From: Octopus sinensis
Lineage: Eukaryota
NCBI RefSeq assembly: GCF_006345805.1
Contig: NC_042997.1
Span: forward strand, 49,600,001-49,664,000
Length of the DNA stretch: 64,000 nucleotides
Direction: 5' to 3'
Numbering within the stretch: the stretch's first letter is position 1; each line of letters opens with the position of its first letter. The notes under the pieces were generated by a model. That model was not told the DNA's origin. It did not search any database and saw nothing but the letters and a program-made list of their open reading frames with translations. Of the stretch, positions 12,121-24,354 are shown in pieces. The translations under genes were made by a program, and so were the position numbers.

Positions 12121-12747
12121 GGCTAACATAAAGAAACAAAATATCAGGAGAATGACTGACTTGTTTCGCCTTCCTTGAAGCTTGTCAATGCTGTGTACCA
12201 GGTTGTCACCAGCTCAAATGAAATTCGTGCCTCAATATATAAAGGAGAGAATAAATAAAACATTATTAAAACGAGCGGTAGAAAAAAAAATCGGTCTACG
12301 CGATTGAAACAACATTAAAGACGCCACCTGTGTATCATATTAAACGTATACGCACCATTAGAAGACACTAAGCTGTAGATTTGTGTGAGGTAAAATCTTC
12401 AGATATACATGTGTTAAAACAATATATATGAGTGCAAGACAAGCATCGTCGCTGCAGTGACTTCTGAGAACCACACGAAGACACACACACACACACATTC
12501 ACATATGTGCGGGCATGTGGAGTACAATTGTACTTGCACTATTATGTATGTTTAATGAGCAGTTGGTGATTTGCACGGCCATTGACACGGAAGATCTTGT
12601 CTTATCGACAGGATGTCCATTACAAGTGATGGTTTCACTTGTAGTAGATATCTGATCGGTTCGGCACGCGCTTTCAGGTCATCGAAAGTCCGAGTAATGG
12701 CCGTGAAGGTCACCTACTGCCAATCTACACTTAATAAACACACTATC

Positions 12748-12803
<56 letters not shown>

Positions 12804-12821
12804 ATATATACACATATGTCA

Positions 12822-12856
<35 letters not shown>

Positions 12857-12927
12857 TATATATATATGTATATATATATACTATATATGTATACATATAT
12901 CTCATGTATATACGCACACATATATCA

Positions 12928-12967
<40 letters not shown>

Positions 12968-13465
12968 TTTACACACTATCGCTTGCGTGTACACAGCTCA
13001 TCAGTTCTCGTGATCCAGCAAAATGAAACAAGCTTTGGAGTAAAGCAATTTTGTATGTATTTCTACGAATGGTATGGTAACGCGATATTTTAGTTTCACT
13101 TATCATAAGGACATTTAATTTCCAGTGTAGTATTGCAGTCATTTGGTTCAAACATCCTAACTTACATATTTTGTTCCCCTTCTCTGTCATGCTTCAATTT
13201 CTCTCCGATATTTTAGGAACTTTATGGGTCACTTCAGGAATTGCATTTCAATTGTATTTATTTAATGTCTAGATTTTTGTTGTGGTCTTTGTTCCAAGGC
13301 AAGAGGTTGGTATTACTTTTAGATGCTCTCCTCAAATATAAATTAACATGGGTGTATTAGGAACAGTTATCACGAAATAACTATTGAGATACTGTGAGTG
13401 TGAAATGATTTTTTTTTGTATTTTTAATGTTTTATAAATTGCCATTGTCTTACTATTTATATATT

Positions 13466-13675
13466 AAGGTGGTGAATTAGCAGAATCTTTAGGACATCGG
13501 TAAAAATGCATCACGGTTTCACTTTAGACTCTTTATATTTTGAGCTCAAATCCCACCTAGATCAACTTTTCCTTTTATCCCCACTTGATTGATAAAATAA
13601 AGTACCAGTCTAATGTACATAGTGCCGATTTACACCCTTCTCCCAAATTTCAAGCCTTGTACCTATGTTAGGAAC
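13466..13675 (+). mobile_element. SINE family A, old copy
   Basis: Diverged match to family A. Confidence 0.7.
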
Positions 13676-14957
13676 TCTATAGAGGTGTCGTAAGAAAAAT
13701 AACAGGAAACAGACTGAGCAATTTTTGCCAACGATGGCTTCGAAATTTATATTTTTTAGTAAACGAATATTTAGCTTTTAATATGCAGAAACGGTAGGAC
13801 CGTAGGCCAAATATATTGTAATAAGGTTATTTATTTATGTATTTGTTTATTTATTTATTTGTTTATTTATTTATTTATTTATTTATTATCTTATATTACT
13901 GAATAATGGCTTGGTTGGTTACAGGTTTCCAACCAATCAATCATTGGTTTTCTGTATTACTCGCGTCAGAAGTGACAAAGGGACAACATAGTAGCGAAAT
14001 TAACTTCTTAACCAAATAGTTATGATTGCACTAGTATTTGATCCTTAAAATCATTGTGCTTTTATGACAGCGAATCAAAAACGATCCCATGGATCGCGAA
14101 ACGAAATATACACCGCCGAGAGTTGTTGTTGATAAACAACAGCAGTAATTTTATTCAGCTGAATACACGTCATTGATTGGTTGAAATTACTGAAATACGA
14201 CAACTTCAACACGAAATAACTTCGAAAATACAAGCTTTTCTCAACAACACTAAGAGTAAAAGATGTTCTATATGACACATTCTACCAGTATCCAAAGTTT
14301 GAAAGTGTTTAGTTTAAAAACAAATTAATTTATCGACCTGCCGATAAAAAGTAAAAGTACCGCGATGTTTCTTTTAATTTAATGTCTCCAGTTTTAGTTA
14401 ATATGCTCTTTCTTTTTTGTCTTGGTTTAATTCATGAACAATTTTTAGTAATTTATTAGTGACAGAGGCAATATTAATACCGAGAGGTAATATGTATCCC
14501 CACTTAAACGTGTATGTTCTGTTAGATCAAACTATGCTGCGGTAAATACCATGAGAGAAATACTCATATTGGCTTTTGGTGCAAATTTTAGTTTCAAATT
14601 TTTAGTAGATTTTATTTTCTACTGAGTATTGGTCCTTGTAAAGATTTTAAGTCATATATATAAAAGAAATAGTTATGAGTTTTTTTTCTTAGCTCAGTAG
14701 TTTTATTTTGCAGATTTGTTAATGACGGTAGAGCCTAGCAGAAAATTGAAATGGATGATGAATTTCCTTGGAAGACATCTCTTCTTTTGAGTACAGGACC
14801 AGTTTTAATCATATTCCTATCTTGTAGTGATACTGCTGCCTTCCATTTTCACACGACAAAGTTGATGCACTTAAACAGTTTTGAAACTGCTTTATTATAG
14901 AATTTGGTTCCAGTAACAAAAAGTGTGGTATATAATAAAATACTTTTCGGCAAGTAA

Positions 14958-15200
14958 TGTAGTGGCTAGGGTGTCAGCATCATGATTATGGTTTCGATTC
15001 CTGTACTGGGCCATGCGTTGTGTTCTAGAGCAAAACACATCATTTCACGTTGCTCCAGTTCACTCAGCTGGCAAAAATGAGTAACGCTGCGATGGACTGG
15101 CGTCCCGTCCAGCTGGGGGAACACATACGCCACAAAAACCGGGGAACGGGGCCCATGAGCCTGACTAGGCTTTAAAAGGGCGCATTTATTATTTATTTAT
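14958..15200 (+). mobile_element. SINE family C
   Basis: tRNA-like head (GTAGTGGCTAGG...GTTTCGATTCC). Shares the GAGTAACGCTGCGATGGA.TGGCGTCCCGTCCAGCTGGGGG tail with the 23079 copy and ends in (TTTA)n. Confidence 0.8.
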
Positions 15201-15433
15201 GAAGGTTATTTTAATGGATGTGTCTATAATACTCCCGTTCACCAGTAACTGCTCCTTACAGCTATTCATCTCCTTCCGGCATCCCTTCTTATCCTCTGGC
15301 AATATGTAATTGCGCTCCTGGTCAATAACCATTCCGTCGAGTATGGAGCTGTGGGTTTGTATGCTGTTGATAATATAGACATGTAGTTTGTGATCTTTCT
15401 CCCTCTCTCGCGTTTTAATTTTTGGTAATTAAT

Positions 15434-15652
15434 ATTGGTTTTAAGTTTTGACACAAGGCCAACAATTTCGAGGAGGGTTAAGTCGATTGCATCGATCCTG
15501 TTGCTTAACTGGTACCTATTTTAATCGATACCAACAGGATAAAAAAACAAAGAGGAGCGCAACGGAATTTGAACTCAGAACTGAAAGACGAACGAAACGA
15601 CAGTAAGCATTTGACACGGCGTTCTAACGGTTCTACCAGCTCGTCGGCTTAG
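15434..15652 (-). mobile_element. SINE family A
   Basis: Reverse-complement match to family A. Confidence 0.8.
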
Positions 15653-15681
15653 GTTAAGGGATTAATATTAATAGTTCATGA

Positions 15682-15893
15682 AAGGCGGTTAGCACGCCGA
15701 ATAAAATGCTTAGTGGCATTTCATCCGTCTACATGTTCTGAGTTCAAATTCCACCGAGGTCGACTTTACCTTTCATTTCGATGTCGATAAAATAAGTACC
15801 AGTCGAGTACTGGGGTCGATGTAATCAACTTATCCCCCCCCCAACCCCACCACCACTACGAAATTGCTATCGCTGTACTAAAATTTGAAATCA
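15682..15893 (+). mobile_element. SINE family A
   Basis: Match to family A with a small 5' deletion. Confidence 0.82.
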
Positions 15894-16094
15894 ATGTGTG
15901 ACTGAGTTTCTCGATGACAACGGAGGGCCATACTTTTGTTTTTATATCGAGAAGCAGATCTTTTATTTTCTTTCGGTTTTCAAAAAAAGTCCGTTTCGTT
16001 TTGAAAATCCAAAATATCTTTGTTCCTTATTTTCGTATGTGTCTTTTATTTAAGTACTTATAATTTGCGTGCAATAATCATATCATGTGTGTAA

Positions 16095-16312
16095 TTGTTT
16101 CTAATTTAGACAGAATGTTAACAATGTTGAGGGGAGGGGTTTAGTCGATGTCATCAATCCTAGTAATAGACTGGCATTTCAATTAGCGAATCTAATGAGA
16201 TGAAAGGCAAAGCTGAGCTCAACTAGATTGGAATTCAGAATCTAAAGCGCTTGGAAAAATACCACAACTTGTCTTTGTTCGACGCACTGACGATTCTGCT
16301 AACCCACCAGCC
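16095..16312 (-). mobile_element. SINE family A, old copy
   Basis: Diverged reverse-complement match. Confidence 0.7.
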
Positions 16313-16410
16313 TTTGTCATCCCCGTAACTACCAGTTGCACTTACTGGGTTCATTTCGTTTTTATTCAAAGTTCATTTACCTCATTAAATACGCATTATA
16401 TGTTAATACG

Positions 16411-16635
16411 CGAGCAAAACGCCCCCCGTCCAATGGACGGTGCTGAGTTGTCCAAACATTCAAACCAAAATTTCTCACCTGGAATCGATTTTTGCAATTT
16501 TTTCAAGACTTATTCACGCCCTGATACCGTCGGTATCTACATATGAAATTTGAGCGCAATCGGATGGAGGATGCCCGAGATCCTAGAAGACTCACACACA
16601 CACACAGACAGATAGAACGGATTTTATATAATAGA
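16411..16635 (-). mobile_element. Short non-autonomous Helitron-like element
   Basis: Minus strand begins TCTATTATATAAAA followed by (TCTG/TG)n. 3' hairpin CCGTCCATTGGACGG at 16426-16440. End reads CTCG rather than CTAG. Confidence 0.65.
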
Positions 16636-16849
16636 TATTTTGCGTTTAATAAACATATGTAATAAATAATGTATCAAATATACTTGATCGGATCCTTATA
16701 ACATCGTTTTCTTCATGTTTCCTTTTCATTTTCGTTATGGCTTCGGTAAACTATATTTCTAGGTTCATGTTATTATTCAACCGAGTTTTAAGTTGTTGAT
16801 ACTGTTCTTAAGACCGTGAAGGCGGCGAACCGGTAGAATTCTGCAATTT

Positions 16850-16903
<54 letters not shown>

Positions 16904-17579
16904 CGCTACATGTCTATGTGTGTGTAATACATTATATGTATTTGTATACATTATATATATATATACATAAAGTTTTTGCGTAATGAGATAAAAAAAAAAC
17001 CAAGGCTGCGTAGATAATAAAATATTTATAGATAGAAGGTCTTACGACTGTTTCCACGATATTTATTGATAATATCCCTTCAGCGGAGACGGTGTGAGAG
17101 GATAGTTAAGTCATAGTTAGTTTCGATGTGATACAAAATAGAGAGTGAGGTGGAGGAAAGAAAATAGATGCAATATATGTATGGATATTGAAGTTGTAAA
17201 TCTATTGTTTTTAGGCAGAATGGTATATATGTAATATTCCAATACCCTATGAGTAAAGTCCAAAAGTCCAACAGAGTTTAAAATGGGTCCTTCCAAATAT
17301 AGTGTTTATACACAATGTAAGATTCCCTTATGAGTGAGATCCAGCAGTTTTTAAACTTGGTCATTCCAAGTAAGTTTGTTCTTAATATTGATAATGACGC
17401 GCACTCTTAACCTTTCTGTCCCCCTCCCTTTCTCAGCCTTCTTTCTTTCTGGTTTCCTTTTCTTCTACCTTGCTGTCTCTCCCTCTCTCTCTGTCTCATT
17501 CTTCATTCTTTCTGGTTTTCTCTACAACCATTCCCTTTTTTTCTCTCCCCTTCTCTTACTCCTCCTTCTCTGTCCCGTC

Positions 17580-17903
<324 letters not shown>

Positions 17904-17927
17904 TACTTTATTTAAAGCAGCAGAAAA

Positions 17928-18041
17928 TTCAACAAAACCTGTTACTCTGAGTTTCCCGTTGCCGTTCATCGGACAGTTTTTGCTAGCAAAAACTGTCCGA
18001 TGAACGGCAACGGGAAACTCAGAGTAACAGGTTTCGTTGAA
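17928..18041. repeat. 114-bp spacerless palindrome
   Basis: 57-bp arms centred on GCT|AGC (17984/17985), one mismatch (17934 vs 18035). Confidence 0.95.
17993..18030 (+). ncRNA. Variant minimal hammerhead motif, mirrored at 17939-17976 on minus
   Basis: CTGT CCGATGA ACG GCAA CGG GAAA CTC A GAG TA ACAG. U4-to-C core change and A.G at the base of stem II. Confidence 0.6.
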
Positions 18042-18389
18042 ATGTCCTGTTATTTGCATTTGTATTTGTGTACCATTTCTCCGCTCTTTTCGTATACATT
18101 CGCTGCTTTCTTCCAAGGAATCTAGTGCTCTTAGTTAAGTTTTTCCTTGGGGCTGGCCGGATTGGAGCAATCTCGAGTATAATCAGCCAAAATTGCAAAA
18201 ATAATCTGGAACTCGACTGGGGACAGAAAACCCCGAATGACCCCTCGTGTTTCTTGTCCCTTTTTGGTATCATCTGTCTGGTTGTTTTGCGTTCTTTACC
18301 TATTTTATGTATAAATACATATATATATACATATATATACAACTGCATCTGATTGTTCAAGTGCTTCACATCTGTGTGTGTACATATAT

Positions 18390-18672
18390 AAGTTACGGAG
18401 ACGTAAACACACCAACACCGGCTGTCAAGTGATGTCGGGGGTACAAACACAGGCACAAACACACGCACATAATACATACAAACATACATACATACATATA
18501 TATATATACGACGGGCTTCTTTCAGTTTCCGTCTACCAAATCCACTCACAAGGATTTGGTCGGCCCGAGGCTATAGTAGAAGATACTTGTCCAAGGTGCC
18601 ACGCAGAGGAACTGAAGCCCGAACCTTGTGGTTAATAAGCAAGCTACTTACCACGCAGCCCCTCCTGCGCCT
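18390..18672 (-). mobile_element. SINE family B
   Basis: Reverse complement of GGCGCAGGAG.GGCTG.GTGGTAAG...CCTTGGRCAAGT.TCTTCTACTATAGCC...GGAAACTGAAAGAAGCCCGTCG plus internal microsatellite. Confidence 0.88.
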
Positions 18673-21531
18673 ATATATATTTACCAATGGCTTCAATCTT
18701 TCTTTTGATGCACCAATTTCTATCATTAATAAAACTGTCGCCATCTTTGACGACACGGGTATACTCGTATTCATATAATTTCTATATTCGCGTTTATTAA
18801 CTGCCTTTTACTGTTTGTACTTTTCTTATTAAATTCCGGCCGTCAACCTTTTATGTAAATTTCTTCACGCCAGTAATAAATCTTCATAAGAAGATATAAT
18901 CTTGAATAGAAGTGACTCACGCAATCTCTGAGGAATTCTCCGAAAGATGAATCTAGCCAGAAGATCTCGACTCTCAGCTGCTAAAGCTCCTGTGGTGTGT
19001 ATACATCGTATAGTTTCCTAGCGAGTTGTGAGTGTATTTCATCTTATCGTATATAATTTCTATACACACATTCATCGATACCAAAAGCAGCGTTGTTACT
19101 TCTTTCCTTCAGTTTCAATTTCCCCTCTCCCAGCCTCTCTCTCACTTTCTCGTCGCACACACGCACACATATACACACACGCGCACACACTACTCACACT
19201 CAATCACATATACATACACACATGCATAAACTTAATATCACAGAACCCATAACAACCGGGTAAGTAGAATGAAACTACTCTAATTAAATTGGCTGGTACA
19301 GTTGTTTTTGTTGGTTTTGCTGTCGACGTTGTTGTTTTTGTTGGTGGTGTTAGTATATGTATATGCTGTGGTAAGTCAAAGATAAATTGAATTGATTAGA
19401 ATTACATCTGTTTTGAGATGAAAAGTATTATTAACTTTAATGCGAAATTAAGGACAAGAGAGAGACAAGTCCGAAATTTGAATTAATTAAGAATGTAATG
19501 AGAGTATGCAGTGAAGAATGCTTTTATATAGTGACGATCCTGGGATTCTTATCGATATTTACCAGATCCGAGATGACGAAGAAACATGAAATTCTGTGGT
19601 TGAATGAATATTAACAAGAGTGATCATTTAAAAAACAGTTGGTGAGAAATTGCAGGGGACAGCTTTCCTGCTCTCTTGACCAAAATTAATCATTACAGCA
19701 AATGAACTTCTCTGTTCTCTACAAGTGCAATTATAAATAAAAATTAATTGATTTACTAAATTATATTTGTTAGCATTTACTCATCTATATGTTTTTCATA
19801 TATCATGTACACCCGGGTAATTTTTTCCTTCTCTTTCATTCATTTGGTTGTACTATTTTCAACTGCTGTTTTTCCAAAGGTATATGCTCCTCCTTGGCCA
19901 TAATTAATAATTAAATTATGTACGCTGTTTACATTAGTTGGACCGGAGTCTTCATCTTAATTGTTGTTTTCACGACGTACACAGCTGAAACGTGGTGAAA
20001 GCAACAATGAAGATCAAGACACCAGTCCGATTCACCTAAACAGTGTACATAGTATAAATTCCTGAACATAGACTTGCATAAATACTTAAATATTGTTCCA
20101 GTGGAGGATCGTGCAATATTATAAGTTATCCATTTCTGATGAGATAAGAGATCAGTGATGAAAGTGGAGAGCAGGTGTGTACGTCGACGGCGTTTTCTCC
20201 ACGTTTCAACACAAGGGAGAGGGTTTATTGCGTCAAATCTCCCTTCTGCCGCAACCCCAATCTCCTGGACCTTAGTGTACCACTTATTTCTAATGCCCAT
20301 TCTCATCACTGTAACAATAGCTTTAGTAAAAGTCATGGACTTAATCATCGACTAAACAAAATGGCCAATGGATAATCTTTTAACATTCGTGGAAAGATTT
20401 TCAATACGATGTTATTAGTAAATAATAAAAACACGAACATGAAAATATGAAATACAATTAAATGAATAGTTCCATTGTAATATGGCAACTCATATCAAGT
20501 TACCATATTTGATATGTATAAGCATTCCCCTAATTTTTTCCCCCAAAAGCATGTCTCAGAAAAATCTCTCTGGGACGTAAATGTGATGTTTGATCTTTAT
20601 TACATATTTTGAAGCACTGAAAGCATTTTCTCCTGAATATGAGCTGCTGAAGTTGGGGTTCATCTAATAGGGTCGCGTGACTTTTAAGCCATCAAATACG
20701 GTAATATCATGTTGTCAGAAAAGGAGAAACGCTGCCCATCATGTTTGCAAGTCCTGCTTGGGAGATAAATCGAGGTTATTCATGTTCAATGAGGATATGT
20801 CTACGTCGTTGACATCTGAATAAATAAATTTTTAAAAAACCTCCGAAAACTGAGCGGTGAGGGAATCTTAATGCGTTCCAGTTCTAGGAAGGAGGACTTG
20901 GGCAAAGTGAGATGTATAGAGACGACAGTGTAATTGCAACGAAAATAGGGGACACTAGAATTGCATTGGGTTGGTCAATGTGATTGTTATAGAAAATCAA
21001 TGAGAAGTTATTGGTCATTGTTGGTGACCAATTAACCATATTGCCTTCTATTAATTGTAGTATATAATAGATTTGTACGTTTGTATTGTATGGCACAATA
21101 TGACTTGTACTTCAGGCTTGTGCAGAGTTAGCAGCTTATCATGGCAAAAGCATTTCCTGATCTAAAGACTGCAAGACTATGATTTTATTTAATGCTTATT
21201 TTAAGGCGGTTAACTAGTAGAATCTTTTGCACACCGGGCAAAATATTCAAAATTAATATTCAAAGATTCAGCGCGGGTTGACTTTGCTTTCCATCCTTCT
21301 GAATTCGATAAAATAAGTATGAGTTGAGCACTGGGGTTGATGTAATCGAGAACTCCCCCCCCCCTCACCAAATTTCAGGCCTTGTGCCTATAGAAGAAAG
21401 GGTCATTTAATGTTTATTTTGTAGGATATTTGTTGAAAATATATAGTTATAGGATCTGAGTTCCATTTAAGCAATGTTTTTTTTTCGCATATGCAATGCA
21501 CACATAGGTACAAGTTTATTGGTTGTTTTAG

Positions 21532-21888
21532 ACTTGATGATGATGATGACGATGAAGAGGAGGAGCTGCAGAAGGATATGTGCACAAACATTGCACCGAT
21601 TCTGTCCTTTGGGAATCCCTCTCTGAATGTCTTTCCTGCAATTGTCAATTTGCAAATGTTATCGCGATCAATCTCAACGCAGTTGGAGGGCTTTCAAAGG
21701 CCAAGAGCACAGCAGCCCCTTCCTGCAGATAAAAAAAAAACGTGAATAGAAGCAATGCTTTCGCTACTGAGAATTTTCTTGAATGCATTAGCGTCTCAAG
21801 TAAAGTGAAAACAACTGCATCAGTGAATAAAAATAGTAGCTCGGTCTGTGCACACCGAGCGCCCATTGTTACGGAACTCGGTACATAA
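21532..21888 (+). CDS. Candidate terminal exon of an unknown gene, broken at an A10 run
   Basis: TTGTTTTAG acceptor, then LDDDDDDEEEELQKDMCTNIAPILSF...DKKK. One extra A at 21731-21740 would extend the frame to TAA at 21886-21888. No family recognised. Confidence 0.35.
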
Positions 21889-23078
21889 GGACGAATACTG
21901 ATGCTGAAAGAGTGTTGAGTTCAGTTATATAAGAAGTTAGCTTTTGGTGAATATCATGTGGGGCTCAATTGTGATTTCAAGCCGTAATCATTGCACCGGG
22001 GTTTCAACGTTTTTTAAAGGTATAATTTTTATAAAGGATATTATGGCTACAAACATATTTACTTCTAGAAATGTTCGGCCTTTTCACTGAGTAAGGAGAA
22101 CAGGATTTTAGAACAAGTGTAAGCTTTTATTTCACAGTTATCTTCATTGTTAATCACGTTGCTAGTACCTTTGGGAAGGGTGTCAACAGATCAAAATTTC
22201 ATTCTTATCCCTTATGGATTGGTATTCGTTTGCTTAAAAAGAAATCAATATTTGGAACGTAAATAGCACGTAGGCACATTTTGCTACTTAAACATTGACT
22301 ATTTATTTCCTTTTGAATTAAGGGCACTGTTTTGAAAATATAGGTCAACATTATAATTTCAGTTTAGCTATGCTATGGGAGACTGAATCCTAGTATAGTT
22401 CCACATCGCCAAAAAGTCTAGTTTATGTAGGTGGGGACCATAGGGAAATATAATAATCATATTTTATTCTGAAAAAGACAAAAAAATCCCCAAAACAAAA
22501 CAAAAAAAAAACTGTCCTAGAGCTGTTGATTATCATTGAATAATTAACCGTATCGTTGCGACAACTGTTTAACCTTAATTATCGTTTTAACAATTATAAT
22601 ACACACACCTCGTTATTTAGTAATTAAACACTGGAAATGCATCTGACTCATGTTGTTTTAATGCACACACAAAACAGTTAGAAATTGTTGAAGTGACAGG
22701 GGTAGAGTCCAGTGCTTCGCAATTATGATTTCCAATCTTACTCCGTGTGATTTACTTTATTTGTTTATCAATTAACTACCAGCCACGAACGATAGTCAAT
22801 GTAGAAATTTCAAAGAAATTACAAGCGAATTCAGTTCATGCAGCAAGTTAGAAATTCAACGAAAGATAGAAGAAAGGAGTTTTCTGAATCATTATGTCTT
22901 TAATGCCAATGGCAGTGGCTAGTAGCAACGACCAAAATCAAAATGACGTTTATGGAGCTTATAGTAGTCATAATAATTATGAAATGTAATATTCTTAGGT
23001 TGTATATATCTCCAGTGTAAACTTGATAACGGGAAAAAATCTTGTAATTTTTTTTTTAGTTTCAAGCATGTATTCAAG

Positions 23079-23379
23079 GTGGAGGCGCAATGACCCAGTG
23101 GTTAGGGTAGCGGACTCGCAGTCGGAGGATCGCAGTTTCGATTCCCAGACCGGGCGTTGTGTGTGTTTATTGAGCGAAAACACCTAAAAGTTCCATGAGG
23201 CTCCGGCAGGGGGTGGTGGCGACCCCTGTTGTACTCTTTCGCCACAACTTTCTCTCACTCTCTCTTCCTGTTTCTTGAGTAACGCTGCGATGGATTGGCG
23301 TCCCGTCCAGCTGGGGGGAACACAGAAACCGAGAAACCGGGCCCATGAGCCTCGCTAGGCTTGAAAAGGGTGACGAAAA
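23079..23379 (+). mobile_element. SINE family C (tRNA-derived)
   Basis: A-box-like TGACCCAGTGG and B-box-like GTTTCGATTCC. About 11-bp TSD ATGTAWTCAAG at 23068-23078 and 23380-23390. Confidence 0.88.
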
Positions 23380-24228
23380 ATGTAATCAAGACTACATTTT
23401 CTAATGTATCTCTTCTCATTTTCAAGACAGTAGGGTATCATTTGAGTGTGCTATACTTGTTATTTCTAGCATGCTGAGCAATCAAACAGAAAGTTTCACA
23501 CAGATTGTGTCTCAGAAGTTTCTCGTTGGTTACATTAACAGAAGTCGATAAAATAGAGCCATATATTCGGAATAAACTATTGTCCAGGTGCAATGCTTTA
23601 CCGCGCTATTTTGCAGTTCTCTGGGTGTGATAGCTTCATGAAACATGCTCCTACGCAAAGAAATTAACCAATATGGGGAGATTGGGGGTTGTTCTCTGAA
23701 TTTCTTTGCTCTTGCACTTATTAAATGTGGTAGAGCGGTCCAATTACTTTTGTACGTTAATCTCTTTATTGGCTGTAGTCCAAAATAATGGATGTTAGGG
23801 CCACGTTCGTGTTTGTTCTGCAGTCGTGATGATTATGCAGGCGGAAACTATGATGGATATTCAGGGCACTGTAGACCCAGACAATATACCTTCAAATCTA
23901 GAAGAACAGAGAGCAACACGGATTTAGGACTGCTTTTCTGGGTCGGGTCGGCGGCTGAATTCAAATTCCGCCGATATTGACTTTGTCTTTTATCCTTTCG
24001 GGGTTGATAAAATAAAGTACCAGTTAAGTCTTGGGGTCGATATAACTGACTAACTTCTCACGAAATTGCTGGCCTTGTGCCAAAATTAGAGGCAGTTATT
24101 ATTTTCGTTTTTATAATCTGCATTATCCTTATCCCTGTCGTTTTTACGAAGACAGTGATAGTTGTTATGGAAGAAGAACCTAAAAAAGAAGCGGCATACA
24201 CAATTACTTTGGACACAAATTAACAAGC

Positions 24229-24354
24229 ACACACACATACACACGCTCTCTCTTTCTCTCTCTCACACACACATACACACGCTCTCTCTTTCTCTCTCTC
24301 ACACACACATACACACGCTCTCTCTTTCTCTCTCTCACACACACATATACACAC
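24229..24354. repeat. 34-bp minisatellite built from CA and CT microsatellite blocks
   Basis: Unit CACACACACATACACACGCTCTCTCTTTCTCTCTCT-like, about 3.5 copies. Confidence 0.9.

Noticed and set aside
12155-12192. Minus-strand TTGACAA GCTT..AGGC GAAA motif
   Set aside because: Two core substitutions, no stem I and a non-palindromic stem III.
18922-18960. CTGAGGAATTCTCCGAAAGATGAATCTA
   Set aside because: Stem II forms only if a TGA deletion is assumed, and stem I is absent.
19929-20348. 139-aa minus-strand ORF
   Set aside because: No recognisable domain or splice context; it may be an antisense shadow.
23079-23155. tRNA-like sequences here and at the family B heads
   Set aside because: They are SINE heads with SINE bodies and TSDs, and no complete cloverleaf.
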